Below, piece after piece: positions 1 through 12,495 of a stretch of DNA of 64,000 nt (its first letter is position 1; each line of letters begins with the position of its first letter). A program made the translations under genes and the position numbers. The notes below the pieces were generated by a model. It did no database searches and was not told the origin of the DNA. It saw only the letters and a list, made by a program, of their open reading frames with translations. The stretch is from Salpingoeca rosetta (lineage: Eukaryota; Protista; Choanoflagellata), in contig JAWQFM010000024.1 of NCBI GenBank assembly GCA_033442325.1, positions 862,027 through 926,026 on the forward strand. Direction: 5' to 3'.

Positions 1-5
1 GCGTG

Positions 6-105
6 NNNNNNNNNNNNNNNNNNNNNNNNNNNNNNNNNNNNNNNNNNNNNNNNNNNNNNNNNNNNNNNNNNNNNNNNNNNNNNNNNNNNNNNNNNNNNNN
101 NNNNN
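6..105. other. Assembly gap (100 N)
   Basis: N run. Confidence 1.
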
Positions 106-154
106 AGACACACAGACACAGACAGACACACACACACACACACACACACACACA

Positions 155-188
<34 letters not shown>

Positions 189-212
189 CAACAGCAGGCA
201 GTGGCGGCGGCT

Positions 213-1589
<1,377 letters not shown>

Positions 1590-1920
1590 CGCCGCTGCTG
1601 TTGTGGAGTGGTTGGCTGGATGCAATTTATGATGTCGCCCGAGAGTGGCGGTTGGGTGGTGGTGGACGTTGTGTCCTTGTGTCTGCTGCCCACGTTGTCG
1701 TGTTGTGTTGGCGAGTGCACATGACACGTGACCCCTTTCTTTACTGCTCTAGGAGTCACGTCTATCACACCGTTTATATCAGCATCACAGCAAGAACAAC
1801 AAACATCACAGCCAAAACGAGCAAACAACAGGCATGGTGCCACATCACATCACAACATCACATCACACATACTATCTCTTCTCTTCCCTCTCTTTGCACG
1901 TGCGGTTTTGTCGTGTCGCA

Positions 1921-2714
1921 TCACTGGGTGAGGCCGCTTGCCTCGTACACGCTGCAAATGATGCTGGCCGTCTCCTGGACAAACGCAAGCTCCAACCGCT
2001 CAATCCCACTCGCCAGCTCGCCTGGCGAACGTGAGCATAGGGGGGGGGGGGAAGGGGGATGGGGAAGAGAAGGAGGCAACGATGAGGACGAAGACGAAAG
2101 TAGGCAGGCGGACAAATTCACAGACACAGACACAGACACAGACACAGACACAGACACACAGACACACAGACACACAGACACACACAAAAGGTACTCGGAC
2201 CAAAGTCGCTGACGGCGTGTCCAGTCTGCATGAGCAGGTCTTCGAGGATGGACGGTTTGCTCTGCAACATCGCGTGCAGCTTGGCACATCCGCTCTGTAT
2301 TCCCTCCATCAGCAGCTGGCAGCCCTCCGACCCAACGTCATGGCCCGTCCTACCACAGGGTGTTATCGTGGTGGAAATTGAAGCGGTTTGGTGACAGGTC
2401 ACACAACAGCACGAGCCGCAGACATGCAGACAGGCAGGCAAACAAACCGTGAGTTGAGGCGGAAAGATGGATGTTGACGACCAAGCATCATTGCAACCAA
2501 ACGCCCAACACAACAACACGACAGCAGTGCAAGCGCACGTGCGCGTACCCGTTGAGGATTGCATCACGAAGGCGCTTGAAGGGCTTCGAGTCGACGTTTC
2601 GCTCAACACACGCGGCGTGGGCGCCGTCACGCACACGCTCCATATATGATGCACGCCCTTTCTCGTTTGTGATGCACGTTGTGCCTTGCGACGGCGGGGC
2701 GTCATTCATTTCGG

Positions 2715-2788
<74 letters not shown>

Positions 2789-3350
2789 GGCTCGTGAAGA
2801 AAAAGAAAAAAGAAAAAAAAAGAAGAAAAAAAAAAAGGGCAAACACGCGACGGCTGCACGTCGCCACAACAAACCTCATGCCACTACAGTACACTTTACG
2901 GCACGTCCTTCAAACACATGGCAAGGACACTGGTCCAACCTTGGTCGATGCAAGCAATGCTCAGCTGGCCGTCATCCTCCTTCACGCGCCCTTGCACCTG
3001 CCGCAGCCATGCACATGTGCACACGCAATGAACGACCCACCAAGCACGACAGACAGCACATCTCACTTGTTGTGTGTCGAAACACATTCACCATCTTCCA
3101 ACCTCCCTCATTTTCTTCATGAATCTCTCAACAGATACCGCTGCAACCAAGCACGCCCCCAATCGCACACACACAGACACACAGACACACACAGACACAC
3201 ACAGACACACACACACACACGCTGCTTACCATGATATTTTCCATGTTTCCAAAGTTTGTCCAAATGAAAGGACCACCACTCCCCCACTCGTGCCGCAGCA
3301 AATTCGGGCCTGCACATGTGATTGGAGTGTATGAGAGGTAGATCGATGAC

Positions 3351-3388
<38 letters not shown>

Positions 3389-4372
3389 GAGTGTGCGTGT
3401 GTATGTGTGCGCGCGTGTCAATTCGCTGGTTTGGTGGTTGGTTCGTTGGCTCAAGATTGAGTGGAAGCGAATGTTGAAATGTGCGTGTGTGCGTTCTGTG
3501 GTGGAGTACGCAGACAGACAGACAGACCCGCGCACAGACACAGACAGACAGATACAGACACGCCACGATGTTTGGTGGCTGCAATGTCACCTGAGCTTTC
3601 TGCGAGAACCTTCATTGCGCATGCGGGCAGCGGGTAGCCCTTCACCAGCTCCATAAACACCAGGCCCTGTCGCGCGGTGTTGGTGTTGTTCGGTGAGTGA
3701 ACGAAGGCGTTTGTGCAGAGGTGGCGAGCGGGCTGCAGAGACAGCATGACAAAAGACAGACAGAAGAACAAGGTGCACAGACACAGACACAGACACAGAC
3801 AAAGACACACACCGACACACACGGACACAGACACAGACACAGACACAGACACAGACACAGACACAGACACAGACACACACGAATCCGGACCTGGATGCGG
3901 TGGTTGCGGAGGCGTTGGGTGTGCTCCTGTTTTCCGTTTGCAAATCGCATCGCGCGCAGAACATCCTGCCGGCGCGAGGGGAAGAGGTGAAGATGGTGGA
4001 AGGGTGAGGGTGGAAGCGGTGGGTGTGGGCATTTGGTGGCACATCCAATGGTTGGAGCCAACGCACAGCACGGAAAAAGGAATGAAAGGCACGGAAAAAG
4101 GAATGAAAGGCACGGGAAAAAGGAAACGTTACAAGACACCCACACACTCAGACACACTCAGACACACCATACACACCCAGACACACCCAGACACACACAC
4201 GTACACACGCACGCGCGCGCACAGCACCTCTTGGTCAGCGCATGCGAGTGTGCGAATGTTGGGGCAGCGGATGCCGAGTTGCTTTGCCAGGAGCGTGGCG
4301 AAGATCTCGCCCGCCGTCTCCGTGCCCGTCGGTTTCGCAACGACCCATCCTGAGGCACGCGCATTGGTGGTG

Positions 4373-4470
<98 letters not shown>

Positions 4471-5063
4471 ATTGATGCGAGCACACTTGTCGTGCTCTTC
4501 AAGGCAAGGTTTGATGTTGTCTGACTCTGTTGCGTGCGCATGTCACCTGTGCCAACGTCGGCAAAGAAGACGCCTGTGCTGCCGAGTCCACCAGCACTCC
4601 AATGCACAAACCTGGTGAACAGAGAGAGTGTGTGAGTGAGCGCACGGTGTGGTTGATTGCTTGATGCCACAGACGTGAGCACAAATGCAGGCAACGCACG
4701 CAGTCGATCATCAACGCGCGCACACACACACACACAGCACAGCACAGATGCAGGTAAGTGCACATTTCGTTTGTTCGCACTTGACGTTCCGCAGGCTTGC
4801 TGCGTCAAGATCGGCTGGCTCTGCCTTGTCCGGCTCAAAGCGGTGGCTCGGCTCTTCAGACACCTGTACCCCCCCCCACACCCACAGACAGACAGACAGA
4901 CAGACATACAAACAGTGGTGAGTGACGCGACTCTTGCAAAGATAGACATTGGCGTGACGTATCAAGTTCCGGGAACGCATGCTGGGTGTGTTGCTGACGA
5001 ACTTCTTTCCGCTCGAATGTGGGCACTGTCTCCTCTCTGGAGAAAAGCCACAAGATAGGGAGC

Positions 5064-5140
<77 letters not shown>

Positions 5141-5942
5141 CACTTGTGCGTGTGTGAGCAGCGAGACAAGTTCAAACAATACCACGGTAGGAGCGTTACC
5201 CCGCCTCTCCCCCTCACTCAGGGCAGCTGCACACTGATCGCATGCTCCCCTTGGGGGTTTCACGCACCCTTGGGCTTGCTTCCTTGGGGCCTTTGCTGGA
5301 GGGAGATGCTTGCGCACGCGTCGAGATACCGCGCCAGCCTTGACAATCGGCAGCCCTGTAAAATTTCAATGACATGCGCATGTTGTTAACACTTGGCAGG
5401 TGAGGGCCGGAACAAGGGAATGGAGGCCGTGTGCATATTCCAAGAACGTTCCCCTTGAACGCGAGTGCATGATTGCAAGCGCTGCTGCAGTTGAGGGAGG
5501 GTGTTTCCGAGCACACTCATGCATTCATTCATCTATCCAGTCACAACGCACCGAGAATGTCCTGGCACTGCGTCACGTTCATGCATCGCACCAACTGCTT
5601 TCCCGTGACGCCATCTGCTTCCACCTACACGTGTGTGCACAGAAGTGTGTGCACAGAAGCGTGAGCATGTGTGTGTGTGTCTGCTTGTGTCTGCGTGGAC
5701 AATGTACATCACCCTCAACGATCTTGCGACACACACACACACACACACACGCACAGGAGCGACGAATCCAGCATCTCAAACACAGACACACACACACACA
5801 GACACACACACACACACACCTTTTCGACGACGCGCGTGGTGTCTGCTGGCGTGAGGGGATCCTTGATGGACTTGACAAACTCCACGACTTGCTCCGTCGT
5901 CCACTCCTCCAGCCCACCCATCTTCAGCCCAGTCGATGACAT
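1921..5942 (-). CDS. SAM-like N-terminus + actin-fragmin kinase (AFK)-family atypical kinase domain; multi-exon, catalytic region apparently disrupted
   Basis: Exons encode EEWTTEQVVEFVKSI...ADGVTGKQLV (SAM-like), GGLGSTGVFFADV, VVAKPTGTETAGEIFATLLAKQLGIRCPNIR, LVFMELVKG, PFIWTNFGNMENIM, IACIDQG and YMERVR...SKPFKRLRDAILNGTGHDVGSEGCQLLMEGI. These track Physarum AFK motifs ([51 protein letters not shown]). Exons between ~4940 and 5520 and the SAM-kinase linkage are less certain. Confidence 0.75.
2713..2789. repeat. (GTT)n microsatellite, intronic
   Basis: Perfect trinucleotide run. Confidence 0.97.
4067..4122. repeat. 21-bp tandem repeat GCACGGAAAAAGGAATGAAAG (~2.5 copies), intronic
   Basis: Direct inspection. 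Confidence 0.9.
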
Positions 5943-6260
5943 CTCAACACACACACAACTCGTGGGTGGTGTGCACAGTGGTCCTCGCTTCTTGCTCACA
6001 GCCAAAACACAAACAACACACAACACAGCAGCGCAAAAAATAGCAGCTGTAATTGTGCATGGAATCATCTCACACCTGACAATAATAATTTTCACGGTTT
6101 TTCGTCCAACACGTGTGCCACTGCCACACGGCTTTTTCGTCGGTTTCAGTGCTGATTCGCGCCACTTCCCCTACCACTCTCGCCAACCAACAACGTCTCA
6201 GCTCCTCGTTGCCACACGCACGCGACCGCACACACGCACGCTCACATCACCAATACAAAG
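5943..6260. promoter_or_regulatory. Putative bidirectional promoter (AFK-like / NPM-like)
   Basis: ~320 bp between divergent start codons, free of long microsatellites. Confidence 0.5.
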
Positions 6261-6825
6261 ATGGCTCTCACCAAGGACGAGTACGACTACCCTTCCAGCG
6301 ACGAGGCTGAGTACGACTACCCTTCCAGCGATGAGGGTGACGTCGACGTCCCCGCTGAGATGACCGTCTTCTTCGGTACGTCACACCACACCACACTGCG
6401 TTTTGTCGCTCTCGCGGTTGCAGACATGACTTTGACGTGGATGTGTGTTCGTGTATGTTCGTGGATGTGTATGTGTGTGTGTGGATGTGCGTGTGTTTGT
6501 GGATGTAGGTTTGCGTGTGTATGGATGTGTGTGTGTGTGTGTGGGTGTAGGTTTGCGTGTGTTGATTTGCGCGTGTGCGGATGTGTGTTTGCATGTGCAT
6601 GTGCGTGTGCGCGCAACTATATCTCACTACGGTGCGCATTGTTCTGTTCTCCTTTGTTTTGTTTGTCGTGTTGTGGATCAGGTCGCACCCTCCACGCCAA
6701 GGAGGAGGAGCTCGCCGAGGGCAGGATGGGCGAGACGCTCGTCATCAAGCAGTTCACAGTCGACTCCAGCTGCAAGGACGACGTTGTCACGGTGCGTCCA
6801 TGCACACAGTGCATACTCGACACCC

Positions 6826-6877
<52 letters not shown>

Positions 6878-6966
6878 CACAGACAGACAGGCAGACAGAC
6901 AGACAGGCAGACAGACAGACAGACAGACACACAGACAGACAGACAGACAGACAGACACAGGCACAG

Positions 6967-7010
<44 letters not shown>

Positions 7011-9593
7011 TGCACTGCACAATCTTCTCCACTGATGGACCGTGTGTTCCCTGTGCAACAAAGCAAAAAGGCCATGGGTTACAAGGCATACAGTGCAATA
7101 ACACATGTTTGTTTTGACGCCTTGCAGGTCCAGGTTGAGCTCCCAGAGCAGGAGGTCAAGTTCCAGGTGTGCCACCTTCGTCCCGGCACTGTCGACCAGT
7201 TCAACACAGAGCTTGTGTTCGACGAGCCCGTCTCTTTCTCCCTCGTTCGCGGTAAGCGACTGCTTGCGATCGCGCGTGTGTTGTTTCGTGTGGTGTGCGC
7301 GTGTCTGTGTTTTGGGTGTTTAGTGTGTGGTGCACGCATGTGTATGTACTGTCTACTCGTGTTTTGTGTAATGGCTTCCCTTCCCACCTGTGAGGTGGCT
7401 TCCCTTCCCACGTGTGAGGTGGCTTCACTTGCCGCGTGTGGTGTGGCATCCTATTCCCTTGCCCACACCATTCACTCTCCGCTCCCAACCCATTCACGCA
7501 CAACCTGTCCCCCTCCAACCCCCAACCCACTACACACGCGTGTTATGCAGGCAAGGGCCCCGTGCACATGATTGGCAACGTGGTCATCTCCACCGGCCTG
7601 ATGGACTATGACTCTGACGATGAGGATCTCGACTCTGACGAGTCGTACGTCGCTTCCGAGGAGGACGAGGAGGAGAGCGATGATGAGAACCGTAAGTGAC
7701 CGAAACTGACTGCTCTGCCCAGCCAGCGGCCTCTCACCTGTCGTGTCACTGTGCATCTACATTCTCCCCCGATGCGCGCCAATGTCCACTGGCTTTCGCA
7801 GATGATTGATATCGCCTTCTCACACAACTTAATCATAAACACGCACACACGCACACAAACACACACGCAAACAAACAAACAAACAAAAAAAAATCAAACA
7901 AACAAACAAACACATACACACACATACACACTCCCGTAGTGCCCCGCATTGAGGATGTGACGGGTATGGACGAGGAGGAATCCGAGGATGAGGAGGAAGA
8001 GGCTCCCCAGCTCGTCAAGTCCTCTGGCAAGCGCGGTGCAAGCGCGGGCAAGTCTGCCGCCAAGAAGGTAAGTTGCACACAAGTGCCCGTCTTCTCTCGT
8101 GTCTTCTCTCGTGTCTTCTCTCGTGTCTTCTCTCGTGTCTTCTCTCGTGTCTTCTCTCGTGTCTTCTCTCGTGTCTTCTCTCGCTTCAGTTGCCCTGTGT
8201 CATGCAGATGGTTGTGGGGAACTTGTGTTTCCCATGACAGCGATGTGATGGCTTGCGTTGCGGGGGTTTCTTGCGTTGACGTAATGTCACAACGTGTTCT
8301 GCTTTGTTGCAAATGCCTCCTTTTGTTTCTCGCGTGAGAACAGGCCAAGGCCATGATTGAGGATGACGAGGACGAAGAGGAGGAGGAGGAAGAGGGTAAG
8401 CATGATGATGCTCGGGTGAACTGTTTGTGTCGTCGTCGTGAGGGTGATTGTTGTCTTGGCATGCGCATGAGCTGGCATGTATCCGGTTTTGTCTTCCCAC
8501 CTTCTTTTCACCATTGGTCGTTTTGGTTGGCTTGTCCAGATGAGGATGAGGATGAGGATGAAGAGGACGAGGACTTTGACCTCGAAGGTTTGTTTTGGAC
8601 GCATTGGTTTGCGCCACACCTCACGCCCCTCTCGGCTGCACGTATTGGGCTGACTTGAGTTTGACCAACAAACTGCACATTTGCACACACACACACACAT
8701 ATGTTTTGCGTTGTGGCAAGGACGCCTTGATGGTGCCCTTCTCCGCAGCATCGCGCCCCACACTACTGCACTTGGGGCTGGCCCCTTGTGTTGTCCTTGT
8801 TGTTGATGTTGATCACGCATGCATTCACTCGCGTGTTGTGCCTCTTTTCTTTCTTCTTTTGTAGATGACAACGAGGATGTGAAGACCAAGGTGAAGCAGG
8901 CTGTGACCAAGGCCACCCCACAGAAGAAGCAGAAGCAGAAGGCCAAGTCCGCTGCCACCACCCCGGCCAAGAACAACAAGGCCGCCAAGGCCGTCAAGTC
9001 GGCTGCCAACACCCCCGCAGCGAAGAAGGTGGCGTAGATGCCCGTGGTTTTTTTTTGTGTGTGTGTGATGTGCGTGTGATGTATGTGCGTGTGTTGTACT
9101 TTGCATGTGCGTGTGTGGCCACCACGTTTGTGGGTCAACACATGGATTGTGGCTTTCATGAGCATCTACGCCTTGCCTGTGCTTGCACACCAAATGCCCA
9201 AATGTCCACATGTCTTCTTTTCTCACCCCCTTTTTGAATTTGTTCACCACGTGTGTGGCTTGTGCGTTCTTTGTGACAGGAGGGCTCCAGCCTCTCGGTG
9301 AGTTGTGGAATTGTGTCGCTGCGTTGTGTTGCTGTGTTATATGCGTGTGTGTGTGCGTGAAGTGATGCGAATGCGCCTGATTGCATGACCTCCTCCATCG
9401 TCGCTCACCCACCACACGCACACACGCATTTTTGCAGGTTAACGACATGCTGAAGAAGGTGCTGGCGTCGCCCAACAAGCCCAAGAAGCAGAGCAAGTTC
9501 AAGAACTTCTGCAAGAACATGTTCAAGGCGGAGCCCGACGAGGCCACGCTCGATGAGCTGTGGAAGAAGTACTCTGCCAACATCAGCAAGTAG
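6261..9593 (+). CDS. NPM1: Nucleophosmin-like histone chaperone: nucleoplasmin-like core + acidic tracts + basic region + NPM1-type C-terminal three-helix domain
   Basis: Exons give VFFG, VCHLRPGTVDQFNTELVFDEPVSFSLVRG|KGPVHMIGN (nucleoplasmin core, GxGPVH), D/E tracts and a K/A-rich region. An 18-nt microexon at 9280-9297 (EGSSLS) joins VNDMLKKVLASPNKPKKQSKFKNFCKNMFKAEPDEATLDELWKKY, resembling NPM1 SSVEDIKAKM...PKVEAKFINYVKNCF...QEAIQDLWQW. Confidence 0.8.
8089..8183. repeat. 12-bp minisatellite (GTCTTCTCTCGT) ~8 copies, intronic
   Basis: Direct inspection. Confidence 0.95.
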
Positions 9594-9805
9594 ACCGGCC
9601 TGATGTGGCGTGTGCTTGTGTTTGTTTGTGTCGCTCTGTGTGCATGCAGCTCAGCTGTCCACGCTTGCGTTCCAGCTGACATGCCATGTAAGCAACATGA
9701 CACAAGGCCTCCCTGCTCGCGCGTGCTTGAGTCAAGCTCTTCCTCCAACATCAATTACATGTCACACCACGTGTCCCAGTGTCCCGTCACCCACCCTTTC
9801 TTCTC

Positions 9806-9870
<65 letters not shown>

Positions 9871-9894
9871 GCTGTTGTTGTTGTTGTTGTTGTT
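9806..9894. repeat. (TTG)n microsatellite, intergenic/3' UTR
   Basis: Direct inspection. Confidence 0.95.
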
Positions 9895-10304
9895 CTTCTA
9901 CTACTACTACTGCTGGCCACATTCAATCACTCTCAATGAATAATTTGACCGTCTCGTCTTGCGTGGCTGCATGGGCTGTGCGTCGTGCCAGAGGAGAGTA
10001 CAGCAGTTGGCGCACGACATGAGAGCATGCACATGAAAACATACACGCTCAGCCTGCATCACACATCATCATCATCGTCAGCACCACACATACACTGCGG
10101 TGGATCGTGTGATGCGCACGTGCTTTTCTGTGGAAAACATTCGATAATATTCGGCAATCGGACGAGTCCAGCTGGGCGTGCTTTTTTCCTTCTTCCTCCA
10201 AGCAAGCCCTTCTTTGCATCTTGCTGCACACTTTCCACGCGCCTGTGCCTCGTGTTGCATCTCCTTCTGTCTCTCTCTCGCGCAACAACAACAACACACC
10301 AGCC

Positions 10305-12495
10305 ATGCCCACCGTGAGTGATGAGTTGGGAGAGAGGGTTAGGGACCCGTGTGGGGAAGCTGTGTCGATCGCGTCGACCGTGCTGTTGGGCTGCATGTTT
10401 GGTGGTGGTTCAGTACGTGTTGGCTGCAAACAGTGGCGTGCTTGTGTTTGTTGTTTGAAGAGTTGGCGCGCCTGTCATCACAAGCAAAGGAGTGGTGCGC
10501 AAACCACGATCATCACTGACGCACGAGCTACCAACACCACTACTGCCCAACACCACTGGTCTCAACCACCACCATTCGCCACCACCGGTCTCCACCACCA
10601 CTGCTCACCACCACCACTGTTCATTACCATTGGTGTCCACCACCCCCTGCTCACCACATCCCCCCTCCCAAACACGTTTCTGACTCCTCGCCTCCTTCTC
10701 TCCGTTTCTATTTGTTCGTGTGTAGGTTTCCGGCTACCTGACCAAGCTCGGCTACAAGTCCGGCAAGTGGCAGTCCAGGTTCTTTGTGCTGGACGACACT
10801 GCGCTGCGCTACTACACGGAGCAGAACGGCCAGCTTAAGGGCGAGATTCTCGTGAGCACCATCACCTCCGCAGAGGCTGTCAAGCCCGGCTGCCAGGTCG
10901 CCCCCGATGCCAGCACCACGGCCCCCAAGAAGCCCGTGGGCCCCTTCTGCCTGAAGATCACCACCCAGGTCAAGGGCACCCGCACCTTCTACTTCCTCGC
11001 CTCCTCCAAGGAGGAGCAGCTCAAGTGGATCAAGGCCCTCCTTCCCAACAAGGAGGACGGCAAGGGCGACCGCCCGTCCTGCCCCTACGCCACCAGCATC
11101 AACGGCGCCCCGCTCGCTGACCCGCAGTACGCCCTGCGCGCCGGCGTCCGCGGCCCGCTCCTCCTCCAGGACTGGCAGCTCGTCGAGAAGCACACGCAGT
11201 TCAACCGCGAGCGCATCCCCGAGCGCATTGTGCACGCCAAGGGCTCCGGTGCATTCGGCACCTTCACCGTGACGCAGGACCTGAGCAAGTTCACCAAGGC
11301 CAAGTTCCTGAACGAGGTTGGCAAGAAGACCGAGGTCTTCATCCGCTTCTCCACCGTCGCCGGTGAGCTTGGCGCCGCCGATGCCGAGCGCGACGTGCGC
11401 GGCGTCGCCATGAAGTTCTACACGGAGGAGGGCAACTGGGACCTTGTCGGCAACAACACCCCCGTCTTCTTCATCCGTGACCCATCCCTCTTCCCGGACT
11501 TTATCCACACGCAGAAGCGCGACCCCCGCACCAACATGCGCAGCAACGAGGCCGCGTGGAAGTTCTGGTCCGAGCACCCAGAGTCGCTGCACCAGGTGAC
11601 CATCCTCATGTCCGACCGCGGCATCCCCACGGGCTACCGCTTCATGAACGCCTACGGCAGCCACACCTACAGCTTCATCAACAAGGACGACGAGCGCTTC
11701 TACGTCAAGTTCCACTTCAAGACCCAGCAGGGCCACAAGCACTACACCAACGCCGAGGCCGCCAAGGTTGTCGGCGGCGACCGCGAGAGCTCCCAGCGCG
11801 ACCTCTACGAGGCCATTGAGCTCGGCGACTTCCCCCGCTGGAAGTGCTACGTCCAGGTCATGACCGAGGACGAGGCCGGCGCGTGCCCCTTTGACCCCTT
11901 TGACCTCACCAAGGTGTGGCCCCACTCCATGTACCCGCTGCACGAGCTCGGCTTCCTCGAGCTCAACCGCAACCCGGACAACTACTTTGCCGAGGTTGAG
12001 CAGGCCGCGTTTGCGCCCAAGAACACCGTCCCCGGCCTGGGCCACAGCCCAGACCCCATGCTGCAGATGCGCATCTTCTCCTACATGGATGCCCAGAACT
12101 ACCGCCTCGGCATCAACCACAACCAGCTGCCCGTCAACCGCGCCCGCTGCCCCATCTTCTGCCCGCAGTACCGCTCCGGCCACATGTCCCTCGGCGAGAT
12201 CAAGGACGCCAACTTCAACCCCGATGCCAAGGTCAACAGCATGCTTGAGCCGCCACTGAAGCTCGAGGGCGACGCCTTCCGCCCCGTCCCAAAGAACCCG
12301 GACGACTACACCCAGCCCGGCAACCTCTTCCGCCTGTTTGACCAGGACCAGCGCAACCGCCTCTTCAACAACATTGCCGACGCCATGGAGGGCGTGTCCA
12401 AGGAGGTCATGGAGAAGCAGATTGAGCACTTCTCCCGCTGCGACCCTGCGTATGGGGCAGGCGTGCGCGATGCCATCCAGCGCCGCAGCAAGTAA
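10305..12495 (+). CDS. cat: PH domain-monofunctional heme catalase (clade 3) fusion, ~592 aa; exon 1 10305-10313 (MPT), exon 2 10726-12495
   Basis: ATG CCC ACC|gtgagt ... tgtag|GTT TCC GGC TAC is in frame with the 10786..12495 ORF. PH motifs: [21 protein letters not shown]...LRYY...KGEI...FCLKITT...[20 protein letters not shown]. Catalase motifs: [15 protein letters not shown] (distal His codon 11233-11235), [28 protein letters not shown] (proximal Tyr codon 12082-12084). Strong GC3 codon bias. Confidence 0.96.

Noticed and set aside
3085-3095. In-frame TGA in the AFK-like segment as selenocysteine
   Set aside because: The position does not correspond to a conserved Cys, no SECIS was recognised, and the surrounding segment is otherwise degenerate.
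8089-8183. Regular repeat array as possible CRISPR
   Set aside because: Head-to-tail 12-mer with no spacers, inside a spliceosomal intron, and no cas genes.
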